In this document: piece by piece, positions 38,331 to 59,140 of the stretch
How positions within the stretch are numbered: the first letter of the stretch is position 1
How the letters are laid out: the number at the start of each line of letters is the position of its first letter
NCBI RefSeq assembly: GCF_009914755.1
Contig: NC_060942.1
Source of the DNA: the human T2T-CHM13v2.0 reference genome, Homo sapiens
DNA length: 64,000 nucleotides
Direction: 5' to 3' (one strand)
Translations under genes and position numbers: made by a program
Notes under the pieces: model-generated
Databases searched by the model: none
What the model was told of the DNA's origin: nothing
What the model saw: only the letters and a program-made list of their open reading frames with translations

Positions 38331-38797
38331 GTGTTCCACCAGGTCCTGCCTATGGGAAGCTGAAAAATGGAATTTCTGTTGTTCTGGAAAATGGGGTTAC
38401 AATTTCTCCCCAAGATGTCTTAAAAAAGCCTATTGTTGGAAGAAAAATCTGCATATTGGGTGACTGCTCTGGGGTTGTGGGTGATGGAGGAGTAAAACTG
38501 TGCTTTGAAGCAGACCTGTTGATCCACGAAGCAACCCTGGATGATGCCCAGATGGACAAAGCAAAGGAGCATGGCCACAGCACACCACAGATGGCAGCAA
38601 CATTTGCAAAGTTGTGCCGTGCAAAGAGGCTGGTTCTGACTCACTTCAGTCAGAGGTACAAACCAGTTGCCTTGGCCAGAGAAGGAGAAACAGATGGCAT
38701 TGCAGAACTAAAAAAGCAAGCTGAATCAGTGTTAGATCTCCAAGAAGTGACTCTAGCAGAAGATTTTATGGTGATAAGCATTCCAATCAAGAAATGA
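38331..38797 (+). CDS. ELAC1: ELAC1 exon 4 coding part (zinc phosphodiesterase ELAC protein 1 / RNase Z short form C-terminus)
   Basis: Acceptor CATTAG| at 38330. Reads (G)VPPGPAYG (flexible arm), GDCS, HEAT, HST and THFSQRY motifs, then TGA at 38795-38797. The spliced CDS is 157+468+467=1092 nt = 363 aa + stop. Confidence 0.98.
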
Positions 38798-38970
38798 AAC
38801 CAGTGTTCCTGAGTGCACACTGACATGTCTGTGAATATGTTACTGAACCTATAGTCCAGTTTTTTTATTTCTTGTTTTAGTCTGAAATTATTTGGGCCCT
38901 AATAATCCTAAAAAGAATGGAGCTGCATTGATGAATTGGCTCAGTATTTAAAGGGAGCAAACTTTTTGAT

Positions 38971-38976
38971 AATAAA
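38971..38976 (+). terminator. ELAC1: Candidate proximal poly(A) signal AATAAA
   Basis: Canonical hexamer ~175 nt after the stop codon. Confidence 0.6.
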
Positions 38977-39359
38977 TCTTTTTAAGAGAAAAAAAACCCA
39001 GCATCCTTTTTGAAGTCCAGATTTGTCAAAATGATAGACTATTCAGTTATACATCTTATTTTGTGCTACTACCACAGATAGCCAATATTCCATGCAGTCC
39101 TGGGCTTAGCTTCTGCCCAGCTTTATTGCTGCTATTGGCAAAGAGCACAGGACTCAGCCCTCGTGGCTAAAAATGGTATTTTGGCAGTTTGTATTGAATC
39201 TGTTTGTGTTATTAACAGAAGAGGGAGAAATGTCATGAGACGTTGGACAGGCAGGATTGATGATAGCATGACCATAGCTTTGCTGGAATACTGAATGCAG
39301 GGTTTGGCTAGGTGTTTATTTTAACATTTTATTAAACTTTCTATTTGGGTCTTAACCCA

Positions 39360-39585
39360 TGGTTCTCAGCTGGGGTGACACTGCTCCTCTAGAAGCAGGT
39401 TTGAAATTATGGGTATGTTTTCTTGTCACAGTGACTGAGTACGGTGGTGGTAGTGGTGGTACTACTACTACTGGTATTTAGTCAGCAGGGATAAGGGATG
39501 TTAGCTGTCCTGCAAAGTTTTGGTCAGTCATATACAATAAAGAATCATCTCACCCCGAAATGCAAATTGCAGGCCCATTGAGATA
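39360..39585. mobile_element. MER20-like DNA transposon in the ELAC1 3' UTR region
   Basis: GGTTCTCAGCTGGGGTGA...CTACTGGTATTTAGT...CAATAAAGAATCATCT...AAATGCAAAT resembles MER20. Confidence 0.65.
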
Positions 39586-39810
39586 CACAGCAAGTTAGTT
39601 TATACTCTTGATGTGAATATAGTTTACCAAAATTAGTGACATAATGAGTGGAATTACTAGGTAAGTCAAATCCTAAAGAGTGAATGTGTTAGAATTGCAG
39701 TGTCATACCAAATAACATTCAAAAGAAATGAGCCATTAAGTGAAGCTTATGAACCTGGAGGTAAAAAATGCTTATCTGTTAAACTGAGGTTTCATTGACG
39801 TGTCCCTATT

Positions 39811-39816
39811 AATAAA
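39811..39816 (+). terminator. ELAC1: Candidate distal poly(A) signal AATAAA
   Basis: Canonical hexamer followed by CA dinucleotides and a TGTTTCTT element. Confidence 0.6.
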
Positions 39817-40438
39817 CGTTATTTGCCCCACAATGTTTCTTAAAACATGCTCCATGGAAAGCTAGCCTTCAGTGCTGATTCACTCAGAGGAGCTCCTCAG
39901 TCAAATCAGTTTGGGAAACACATTATTGCTGTCTGTCCTCCTAGGAGTGGTGTAGTGTCCATCAACATACTAAAAACAGTATTGCTTCAAATGATCATAA
40001 ACCAGTGTTTGATGCCAGAAAGACCTGATCCCAGAGTCCCATTCTCTGATATGTGGTAGTACCTCTGTGTGGTCTGGAGCAGGTAACCCACTCTCTGAGT
40101 TTCTTCAGCTTGTTCATTTCAAAAATGGGAAAAACAGTAAGACCTATGTCATAGATTGTTAAACAAGACAACATATATAAGGAGCATAGCACATTGCTTG
40201 AAGGTGTTGAGAAATCCTGCAGTACAGAGGCCTGTCAGCTCTGTTGAACCCCTTTCTCAGTCCTATTTCACCAGGTACTACCTGTTAACATCTCAGGAAC
40301 CTAGAGAGCTTTACAGCACACATATTTAGAAACACTGTTGTAGTACTTACTGTTCAATTTCCTCTGGGTTCTGGGGCTTCTCTGGCCAAATTTTTTGACT
40401 CCTGGCTAGTTGTGGAGACTCCAAAGTAGTGATGATTG

Positions 40439-44788
<4,350 letters not shown>

Positions 44789-47700
44789 CATATTACTCTT
44801 ATAGCACCTGCATCTGACCTTCCTGGTGCTTGGCACTTACTATTTTCATTTTGCTTCTGTGAGCGATGTTTCTCTTTCCCATTAGCATTGTAAGCTTCCC
44901 AAGAGCAGAACTGTGTCTTTTGTTTCCCTCTGTGCCTAGCTTGGTGCCTGGAACATATTAGGCACTCAATAAATAGTGTTGACTGGTTCAGTTTTCCCCG
45001 TCATCCTGTTATTCAGTTAATATGCAGTGCTTTGTTTTCCTAGGAATTCTTCCTGATTAATATTAAAAACAAACAAAATACCCACCCCTAGTCTCTGAAA
45101 TAAAAGTGGGAAGGAGGATAATGGTTGTCTGTGACTTTAATGGGGTGAATCCTTTTAAGTACTAATTTTAAAGCTTTAGTTTTGTGTCATATGATATGCA
45201 GACAGAAACCTAGACCCATGGGAATGATTGGAAAAAAGATTTACTCTGCCTAAAAAGTTGGGATGTTAGCTTTTGCAATGTATAGGGGAATCAGAACAGA
45301 GAGGAGACAGCCAAGCCCCAGGCAGGAGTCTGGAGCCCTATGCAGGTAGGAAAAATGGGAAAACTTTTAAGAACACAGATATCTGATACTCAATTTTATG
45401 TTGCCTGCATTGCTTGGAATTAAATCTCTACTTTCTACCTAACTTTCTTTGAAGTCTGCTAGACACATATGACTTGGGGATCCCTCCCCAGCCCTGCACA
45501 CCACCAAAAGAGAACAAGTTCTAAATTCCATGACTAGGTTGACCTGGGGGGAGAAAGGACAGCAGGGAAGAGAGTGAGACAATCCCCAAACTAATACAGT
45601 TCACAGGAGCTGAAGTCAGAGGTGATTACATGAACCAATGTTTCCCAGTTATTTTCAGAAAATTGTGAAGAGGACATTGACCTTAACATAGCCCATGGAA
45701 TGAGAGTGACAGGGGTTGAGCCAATTTCATGTATATCTTAAAGGACAGGGTAACTCCAACTGCAATCTAGACACAGATATTTCTGTGTCCTTGATATGTT
45801 TCAAGGGTTAAAAGGCTGTCATATCCAGTATAACAAGGAAGTTTTTTGGGGGGAAGCAGTACCTCAGTTTATCCAAAGCAAAAAATATTTCCACCCCTAA
45901 ATAAAGCTAGCTGAGAAGCACTGCTGCTCAGATGTCAGGATGCTAATTATACACCCAGCAGACATCGAAGGTACAAAGATGAAATGCAGCCACGAAAAAG
46001 TAAAAGGGGAAAGACAAGGGATCAAGTTGTCCAGCTATATAAATCTACCTTTAATTGCCAGAAATCATTCAGGCAGCCTCAGGTAGAGAACTACACAATG
46101 TTTAGTTCACTGTCACCAAATGAAACCAAGGTTATCTGGGTTGTTTTCTACATTGTTATGGCTTCCAGATGTCATAGGCTTGTCTGACTATATCTCTTGA
46201 CACATCCTGGGCTGGAAATGACCTTGTCACTCGGCCTTCTAAAGTGCTGGGATTACGGTTGTTGACCCAGACATGGGTACCTTAGAAGTACCCATGTCTG
46301 GGTCAGCAACTCAAATGCTGATCCCAACTGGCTTACAAAGGGCCTTCCCATGGAATACATTTTCACACAGCTAGCAGATAACAGGGCACAATCCTCCCCA
46401 GCATGCCTATACCGAGAGGCAGTATAGCCTAGTAGAGTGGCCTTCAGGCTAGGTAATAGTATCCCTGGAGATATGTAAAGACTTTTCTAAGGATACACAG
46501 GCATATTCTCATATGAAATATTTCGTAGAGTTTATCTTCCTGAGAATTATTGCAATCAAAGTGTTTTGCTGTAGTATTGTGCATTGTTCCAGAATGAAAA
46601 GCCTCTGGGATACCAGTGAAAGGGATAATTGGAATATTGATATTGAGGTTGAAAAAAAATGAATGATTAACACCTTTTATAAGTTAGGTAGTTTCCAACT
46701 TGTTTTGAACAAAACTGAAGGAGGATCTAATCTGTCCAATGATAGATTTGTTTAAGCAGCTTTATGGAGATATAATTCACATGCCATAAAATTTGGTAGT
46801 TTTTCATATATTCACAGAGTTGTACAACCATCACCACTATCAATTTTAGAACATTTTCAGTATCCCCCAAATAAACCCCATACTCATTGGCACTCACACC
46901 CACTCCTTCCCATCTCCCAAACCTACCATCCCTAGGCAACCACTAATCTGCTGTCTCTATAGATTTGCCTATTTTGGACATTTCAGATAGATGGAATCAT
47001 ACATTATGTGGTCCTTCGTGACTGGCTTCTTCTAGTATAATGTTTTCAAGATGTATCCATGTTGTATCAATCCTTTATTCCTTTTTATGACCAAATAATA
47101 TTCCATTCTATGGATATACCACATTTTATCCATTCATCAGTTGATCCAATAATAGATTATGAAAAATATTGTCTACAAAACACCTGTATCAGAAATGAAA
47201 AATGAGATATTCCTACAGATCTTATGTTTGTAAGATATTGCTACAGATCTTACATTAGAAAGATAAAAAAGGATATTATAAATAACTCCAAAGTTACTGA
47301 AACAACTTCCTTAAAAAAAAAAATTGCCAGAACTGACACAGAAAGTAAATAGGACTAACAAGACTTTCTATTTATTAAAGAAATTGAATTTGTGATAAAA
47401 AAGAAACCTTCTTACAAAAAAAAAATCTTGAGGGCCAGATTAGTGAATCATTTTAAACAATTGAGGAAGAAATACACCTTTCTTCTCCAAACACTTCTGG
47501 AAAGTAGAAAAAGAGGGAACACTTTCCAACTCATTTTATGAGTTTAGCATAACCTTGATGCCAAAATGTAAGGACATTAAAAGAAAGGAAAATTACATGC
47601 TAGTCTCTATCATAAAAACCCTGAAGAAAATAATTAGCTAATTGAATCCAGTGAAATATGAAAGGAATAAGACCTCTTCATAAAAGGAGTTTATTCCAGG

Positions 47701-47923
47701 AATGCAAGATTCATTTAACATTTGAAAATCAGTGTTTTCCACTTAATAAAATAAATGAGGAAAAACTGTGGGACAATCTCCACAGATACAAAACATTTTT
47801 TGATAAAATTTAATAGTCATTTGTAGTAAGAACTCTTAGCTTATTAAGATAAGAGATAAAAGCCAGGCGTGGTGGCTCACGCTTGTAATCCCAGTGCTTT
47901 GGGAGGCTGAGGAGGGCAGATCA

Positions 47924-48142
<219 letters not shown>

Positions 48143-48260
48143 TCAAAAAAAAAAAAAAAAAAAAAAGAATGAGATAAAACAGCAACTCAAAGTACTGTTA
48201 AAAGAAAAAAAAAAAAAGGGATAGGAGAGACCCTTAATGTGCACCACCACACCCAGCTAA

Positions 48261-48410
<150 letters not shown>

Positions 48411-48431
48411 TGAAGGTCTTAGCCAGACCAA

Positions 48432-48432
48432 T

Positions 48433-48477
<45 letters not shown>

Positions 48478-48478
48478 C
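48432..48478. repeat. (TAGA)n tetranucleotide STR, ~11 units
   Basis: Read directly from the sequence. Confidence 0.95.
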
Positions 48479-49326
48479 AGAATGAAGATTGGAATGGAAG
48501 AAATAAAACTTTCATCATTAGCAGGTGACATGATTATGTACATAGAAAATTTTAAAGAATAAGCAAATAACCTGTTAGGATAAATAGATGAATTTAATAA
48601 GATTGCTGAATACTCAGTCAATATAAAGAAAATCAACTTTATGCCTACATTCCAACAACAAACTAATAGAAAATGTTTTAATGATATCATTTACAGAAGG
48701 ATCAAAACTATCAAAAATCTAGGAATAAATCTAATGAAATATATGCAAAACCTCTCCACTGAAAACTACAAAATATTATTCAGATGAAGAAAAGTAAAAT
48801 AAATGGAAAGGCATACCATGTTAATAAACCAAGAATATTCAGTATTGGAAAGATGTCATTTATCCCTAAATTTATCTGTAGTTTCAATGCAACCCAATCA
48901 AAATAACTGTAGGTTTTTATTTGGATATGTTTATGAAGAAATTGAGAAACTGTTTCTAAAGTTTATATAGGCATGCAAAGACCAAGAATAGCTAGGACAA
49001 TCTTAAAAGAAGAACAAAATTAAAAGATTTACATTATCGGATATCAAGACTTACAGTAAAACTGCAATCACTTAGTATAATATTGTTGCAAGGAGGACAA
49101 ATAGACCAATGGAATAGAAAGACGTTCAGGGGAAAAAAACCCACACATATTTAGTCACTTATGACAAATATGAAATTTCTGTGCAACAAAGAAAGAGTTG
49201 CCTTTGCAATAAATGGAGAGTCAATCAGATTTCAATAATGAAAAAATTGATTACATTGATTCCTACCTTAAACAATACACAAAAATCAATTCCAAATGGA
49301 TTTTATATATAAATGTGAATTTAGAA

Positions 49327-49356
49327 TTTTAGTATATGTGCTGCCGAGGCAAGCAC
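49327..49356 (-). pseudogene. 3'-truncated U6 snRNA retrocopy (U6 nt 1-30)
   Basis: The minus strand GTGCTTGCCTCGGCAGCACATATACTAAAA has 2 mismatches to U6 GTGCTCGCTTCGGCAGCACATATACTAAAA. It is flanked by 17-bp direct repeats (49310-49326, 49357-49373) with 1 mismatch. Confidence 0.9.
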
Positions 49357-49584
49357 TAAATGTGAATATAGAAAAGCTCCCTTTTTGGAGTAGGCAAAGA
49401 TTACTAAAACAAAATCGAAGCACTAAGAATAATAAAGAAAAAGGTAGTTAAATTGAATGTTAAAATTAGGAACTTCTATTCATAAAAGACACTATCAAGA
49501 GAATGATAAAGCAAGCCACAGAGTAGTACAGCATATTTACAATAGCTGTAGTTGATAAAGGATTTGAATCTAGAATTCAATAGT

Positions 49585-50068
49585 AGTTAGGTGTTGCTAC
49601 ATAACAAATTACCCCCAAAACAGTGATCTCATAATCTTGGTGGGTCAGGAATCTCGGTACAACTTAGCTGGGTACTTCTGGCACAAGATCTCTCATGAGG
49701 TTGTAGTTAAGCTGCCAGCTATAGGGCAGTGGGTTCATCTGAAGACCCAAGCGAGGGATCCACTTTCAAGCTTCCTCATGTAGTTGTAGGCAGACCTTGG
49801 TCCCTTGTCACATGGGTCTCTTCGCAGGGCTGCCTCATGACATGGCAGCTGATTTCCCTCATGTCAAGCAACCTGAGATAGAATGAGCACCCAAGCCACA
49901 GTCTTTTTATAATTTAACCTTGAAAGTGACATCTCATTACTTCTGCCACATTCTATTCATTAGAAGCGAATCAGTAAATCCAGTGCACACTCAAGGGTAA
50001 GGGACTGCAGATAGCATAAATACCAGGAAGCAGGGTAATTGGTGGGCCATCAGAGGCAGCCTACCAAA
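49585..50068. mobile_element. MLT1-family LTR remnant
   Basis: TAACAAATTACCCCCAAAAC...GGGTCAGGAATCT...CACATTCTATTCATTAGAAGCGAATCA...CACACTCAAGGG. Boundaries are approximate. Confidence 0.75.
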
Positions 50069-50749
50069 GAATTTATAAAGAACTTTTAAAAGTCTTGATC
50101 TAGGTAGGAGTTAATATGGGTGTGTTTACTGTGTGAAAATTAATCTATTCAGATGTGATTTGGGTGCTTTTCTGAACATAGGTTATATATCTGTGGAAAG
50201 TTGACTTAACATTTTTGATGAAAAACTCTAGGCAGAATTCTTAAGATTCTTATCTCCTGGTTATTAATTAAAGCTCTAATCTAGGCATTACTATGAGTGG
50301 ATTTTGCAGATATAATTGAAGTCCCAGTTGACTGTAAAACTATCCAAGTGAGCATAACTCAATCGGGGAGCCCTTTAAAAGCAGATAATTTTTCATCTAT
50401 AATTCCAGTGCTTTGGGAGGCCAAGGCAGGAGGATTGCTTGAGGCCAGAAGTTCGAGACCAGCATGGCCAAAATAGTGAGACCCTGTCTCTATTAAAAAA
50501 AAAAAAAAGATTAAATGATTTAACATATGTAAAGCACTTAGAACAGAAAGTGCTATATACAGATCAGACATTATCACTATTAAACTTCAAATTGGAGCCT
50601 ACGATGTTCCCTCATCATTCAGAGGAGGTTTAACTCCTTTGGGGTTTTGGAAACTGCCCTCACAGTGTTCCACCAGCCCAGAGGCTGGGGTAAGGAGTGC
50701 CTCCAACCTTCTAGATTGGGGGCCAGGGCACATTGCTTTTGACTTGTGT

Positions 50750-51054
50750 TAAAGCCACTTGCCACATGTTGCTATCGGACACTTGAAATGTGGCTAGTCC
50801 AAATTAAGATGTGCTGTAAGTGGAAAAAAGTCACTAGATTTTAAAGACAGTATGAAAAGAAGAATGTATAATAATAGTTCAATCATTTTTTACATTGATT
50901 ATAGGTTGAAATAATATTTTGGACATATCAGGTTAAATAAAAGACATGACTAAAATTAATTTCACCTGTCCCTTTTTTGCAGTTTCTAATGTGGGTACTA
51001 GAAAATTTAAAATTACCTATGTGGCTCACATTATATTTCAACTGGACAGTGCTG
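50750..51054. mobile_element. MER3/MER33-like hAT DNA transposon
   Basis: GCCACATGTTGCTAT...CACTTGAAATGTGGCTAGT...AAAATTACCTATGTGGCTCACATTATATTTC...GGACAGTGCTG. Confidence 0.75.
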
Positions 51055-51276
51055 CTTTAGACAGTCTTTCTCAATGCCAGCAGTCAGAGTGGTCCTTTAA
51101 AGATACAATTCAGATCATGTCACTACTCTGCTTAAAACCCTCCAGTAATATCGGATCTCACTCAAGAGTAAGTCAAAATCCAGATCGAAGTCTACCAGTT
51201 CCTGTGTGATCAGCCTCCACCCCACCCCCTCTCTCAGGTTCAGTGTAAATCAAGTTCCAAATTTTGCGAAACCTGA

Positions 51277-51666
<390 letters not shown>

Positions 51667-53169
51667 TAGTACTAGGTGTCCACTTGAATGGACTGAGGGA
51701 TGCCTGGATGTCTGGGGAAGCATTGTTCCTGGATATGTCTGTGAAGGTGTTGCCAGAGGAGGTTGACATTTGAGTCCCTGGACTGGGAGAGGAAGACCCA
51801 CCCTCAGTGTGGGTGGGCACCATCCAATCAACTGCCAGAGTGGCTGGAACAAAGCTGGCAGAAAAGGGGAAGAAACAACTTCCTGGGTCCTCTCCGGTGC
51901 TCTCTTTTCCTCTGCAGGATGCTTGCTTCCTCTCCTCCTGCCCTTGGACATCAGACTCCAGGTTCTTCAGCCTTTGGACTCTGGGACCTGCACCGGCAGC
52001 CTCCTGGAGGCTCTCGGGCCGTAGGCCTCAGCCTGAGGGCTGCACTGTCGGCTTTCCTGGTTTTGAAGCTTTCAAACTTGGACCGAGCCACGCTCCCGGC
52101 TTCTGTTTCTCCAGCTTGCAGACAGCCAGTCATGGGACTTCGCTTTATAATCCTGTGAGCCAATTCTTCCTGATAAACTCCTTTATATATACACACATAT
52201 ATCCTATTGGTTCTGTCCCTGTGGAGAACCTAATACAGGTTTTGGTATCAGGAGTGGTTCTAGAGGAACATAATTTTAAGCATAAATTTCCTTTGTCGGT
52301 TTTGGGGTTTCTGGAGTTGGATATCTAATCTGATTAGACCCAAATGCTAAAGACTCTATTTCTAATAGTATGGACAGCACTAATAGTCCTTGGCTTGAAC
52401 TGTTTAGAGTTACGCAAAATAAATGCATTTGATATTTCTGATTCCCTGTTCCTAAGAGGCAAGGAGTTTAGTGACTCTATATATGATACCTTTGAACATT
52501 TGTGGAGAACCAAGGAATATAATGAAGTTGGCTGGTTGCTCCTAAGTTCACTGGGCAAAGTGATGAACGAAAAGGATGAGCTGAGGGATTCTATTTCCTG
52601 GTTCTAGATACACATACATAGCCAAAAAGTTTCTCAGGGTGCCCTGGGTAAGAATCTTCTCTTCTGTGGACAAAGAGCTGAAATTGCTGAAAATCAGACA
52701 CAAGCTCTTATGCAAGTGGCTGACCTGCAATGGAAGGTTCATGCTCAGCTTCACCAAGTGTCTACTGTCAAAGGGAGGGCTTTGATTGGGAAAGAATGGG
52801 ACCCTGTAAGTTGGGATGGGAATATGGGGGACTCTGATGAAGCTAGGGACACCTAACTCCTAAATTCTAATGAGCCTTTTTTGCCAGAGGAAATGGCATC
52901 CCCACCCCCCGTAGTGGCAACATACTTTTACCCACACACTCCAGTACCAGCCTTTCCATCTTTAAGATTAACCCTGCATTGCCCCGGGGAAACAGGGATG
53001 TCCTCCCTTGAGGCAGCTGCCAGGAAAGACAATGCTGGTTCTCCTCAGGACCCATCCCCACCACCTGTCCTTGCCTCTGGACTCTAACTGGACTCTAGTT
53101 CCTACAGGCCCTTAGAGGTGAGGTTCAGGGTATGACTCATGAGAAGGCATGCTATGCTCCAAATACTAA

Positions 53170-55410
<2,241 letters not shown>

Positions 55411-56276
55411 GAGTGTGGGATAATGGAGGAAGGACCATAAAGTTGGATCAGGCTGAACTCATTCCTATGGGTCCACTAAACAGAGATTCTGCATTTAATG
55501 TTGCAGCTCAGGGAGTTAAAAAAGGGTTCTAATAGTTTATTTGCTTGGTTAGCTGAAACATGGATCGAAAGATGGCCCACTGTGAGTGAGCTGGAAATGC
55601 CTGATCTCCCTTGGTTTAATGTAGAGGAAGGATCCCAAGGCTTAGAGAGATTGGAATGTTAGAGTGGATTTGGATTTGTCAGTAAGGACCTACTCATCCC
55701 AACTGGGAGGGTCCAGAAGACACACCTTTCACCAGTTCCTTGTGAAATAGATTTGTGAAGGGAGCACCAGCATCCTTGAAGAGCTCTTTGATTGCTCTTC
55801 TCTGTATGTCAGATCTTACAGTGGGAACCACAGCCACTCAACTGGAAAACTTAAATGCAATGGGAATAATTGGATCCTGAGGTGGCAGAGGCCAAGTGGC
55901 AGCACTCAACCATCAAAGGCAAGGTGGGCATGGTTAGTAATGGACAGCAGAAGCAAAACAGCAATCAGAATAGTCTGAAACCTATAGAGCTCTAGCATTG
56001 GCTAATTTATCATTGTATTCCTAGAAGTGAAATCGACAGGAAGCCTACTACATTCTTACTTGATCTGTATAAGCAGAAAACTTCCAGGTCAGGTGAACAA
56101 AAGTCCAATTTGAATTATAAAAACAGAGAATCATGGTCCTTCAATCAATTTCCAGACTCAAGCTAGTTTATAGACCCAGAACCCCTTGAATGAAAGGGAG
56201 GCCAGGTCCACTTGAGGAAGGACCCCACTATACTGCTGAAAATTTATACTGTTAATCTTTCTCCTAACCTTCCTCA

Positions 56277-56721
<445 letters not shown>

Positions 56722-58682
56722 TTAGACTAGGGGCTTATAGGTGTCAGATAATTGATGGAGTTTTATCTCAGGTCTGACTTATAGCGAGTCCAGTGAGTCC
56801 CTGGATCCATCCTGTGGTCATTTCTCCAGTGCTAGAATGCGTAATTGGAATAGATATTCTTAGTAGCTGGCAGAATTCCCAAATTGGTTCCCTGGCCTGT
56901 GGGATGAGGGCTATTACAGTGGGAAAGGCCAAATGGAAGCCATTAAGAATGCCTCTACCTAGGAAAATAGTTAATTAAGGACTTGAAACACGGAGGGTGG
57001 TGATTCCCACCACATCCCCATTCAGGTCTCCTATTTGGCCTGTGCAGAAGATGTGGATCTTGGAGAATGACAGTGGATTATCATTAGCTTAACCAAGTGG
57101 CGACTCCAATTGCAGCTGTTATAGTAAATGTGGTTTCATTGCTTGAGCAAATTAACACATCCTCTGGTGCCTGGTATGCAACTATTGATCTGGCAAATGC
57201 CCTTTTCTCCATTGCTGCCCATAAGGCCCACCAGAAGCAATTTGCCTTCACTGTCCTACCTCAGGGGTATATTGACATTCCAGCTGTATGTCATAATCTT
57301 GTTCACAGAGGCCTTGATTGCTTTTCCCTTCTACAAGATATCACACCAGTTCATTATATTGCTGACATTATGCTGATTGGACCTAGTGAGTGAGAAGTAG
57401 CAACCACTCTGGCCTTATTTGGTGATACATTTGCATATCGGGGGTGAGAAATAAATCTGACTAAAATTCAGGGGCCTTCTGCCTCAGTGAAATTTCTAGG
57501 ACTCCAGTGGTGTGGGGCCTGTTGAGATATTCCTTCTAAGGTGAAGGATAAATTGTTGCATCTCGCCTCTCCTACAACTATGAAAGAGGTGCAACAACCT
57601 AGTGAGCTTATTTGTATTTTCAAGGCAACACATTCCTCATTTGGGCGTGTTACTCTGGCCCATTTATTGAGTGACACAAAAGGCTGCTAGTTTTGAGTGG
57701 AACTACTACCTAATGATAGGCCGATTACATTGAACTACTTCCATCGTGGAAGGGGCAGCAGTTTATCCTTGGGACAGACAGTTATTTCCGATATGGATTT
57801 GACTTTCCTGCATGCAATTCTTCTACCAAGACTGCCATCTTTGGGCTCACAGAATGCCTTATCCACTGCCATGGTATTCCACACAGCATTGCTTCTGATG
57901 AAGGAACTCACTTCCCAGCCAAAGAATTGCAGCAGTGGGCTCATGCTCATGGAATTCACTGGTCTTACCGTATTCCCTATCATCCTGAAGCAGCTGGCTT
58001 GATAGAATGGCGGAATGGCCTTTTGAAGTTGCAGTTACAATGCCAACTAGGTGACAATACTTTATAGGACTGAAGTCTTCTCCAGAAGGCTGTATATGCT
58101 CTGAATCAGTGTCTAGTATATGGTACTGTTTCTCCCATAGCCAGGATTCACAGATCCAGGAATCAAGGAGTGGAAGTGGAAGTGGCACCACTCACCATCA
58201 CCCCTAGTGACCCACTAGCAAAATGTTTGCTTCTTGTTCCAGTGACATTATGTTCTGCTGCCTAGAGTTCTTAGTTCCAGAGGGAGAAATGCTGCCACCA
58301 GGAGACATAATACAAAAGTGGCTTGAGGAGCTACTTTAGGCAACTCAAGCTTCGGAGTCAACAGGTTAGGAAGTGAGTTACAGTGTTGCCTGGGGCGATT
58401 TACCCAGACTGTCAAGATGAAATCAGACTACTACTCCACAATGGAGGAAAGGAAGAATGTCTGCAGTTTAGGAGATCCTTTAGGATGTCTCTTAGTATCA
58501 CCCTGCCCTGTAATTAAGGTCAATGGGAAACTACAGCAACTCAATCCAGGCAGGACTACAAATGGCCTAGACTTCAGAAATGAAGGTTTGGGTCACGCCA
58601 CTAGGTAAAAAAGCCACAACCAGCTGAGGTGCTTCCAGATAGCAAAGGGAATACAGAATGGGTAGTAGAAGAAGGTAGTTAT

Positions 58683-59140
58683 GGTTAGGGACAAGCTGCC
58701 CCAGGGACCACCGCCCCCCCCCGCCACCCCCCCCTCCCCCGCCCGCCCTGCAATGCAGCTGACCCTTACCCTGAATACTCTGCAGCTGCATTCCTAAACC
58801 CTTATCTAGGCGCCACAGCAAGGTCACCAGACTTGCTGAGCAAACCCTGATTATAGCCCCCCGGGCGGCACTGGAGAGGTCAGGAGAAACCTAGGTTACA
58901 CCCTCTTGTAAATTCCTATTTTCACAAGATAATATACTGTAAGCCGGTCAAGAGATGATATGTGGTAAAGTTAACTGACAAACAATCCCAGAGTCTCTCT
59001 CCCCCATAGAAACCCCTCATTTTGTAAGCTCAGGGCTGCCTCCTGACTGTGGTGGAACAGCCCGGCAGGTTAATAAACTTCCTTGCCTGACCTTGGGTCT
59101 CTCTCTCTCTCTCTCGTCCTTTCTTTCGGCTAACTTTACA
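58683..59140 (+). mobile_element. Solo LTR (family not assigned) nested in the ERVL 3' region
   Basis: 458 bp flanked by a 5-bp direct repeat GTTAT (58678-58682, 59141-59145). It has an internal AATAAA and ends ...TTTACA, and the host sequence is continuous when it is removed. Confidence 0.8.
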
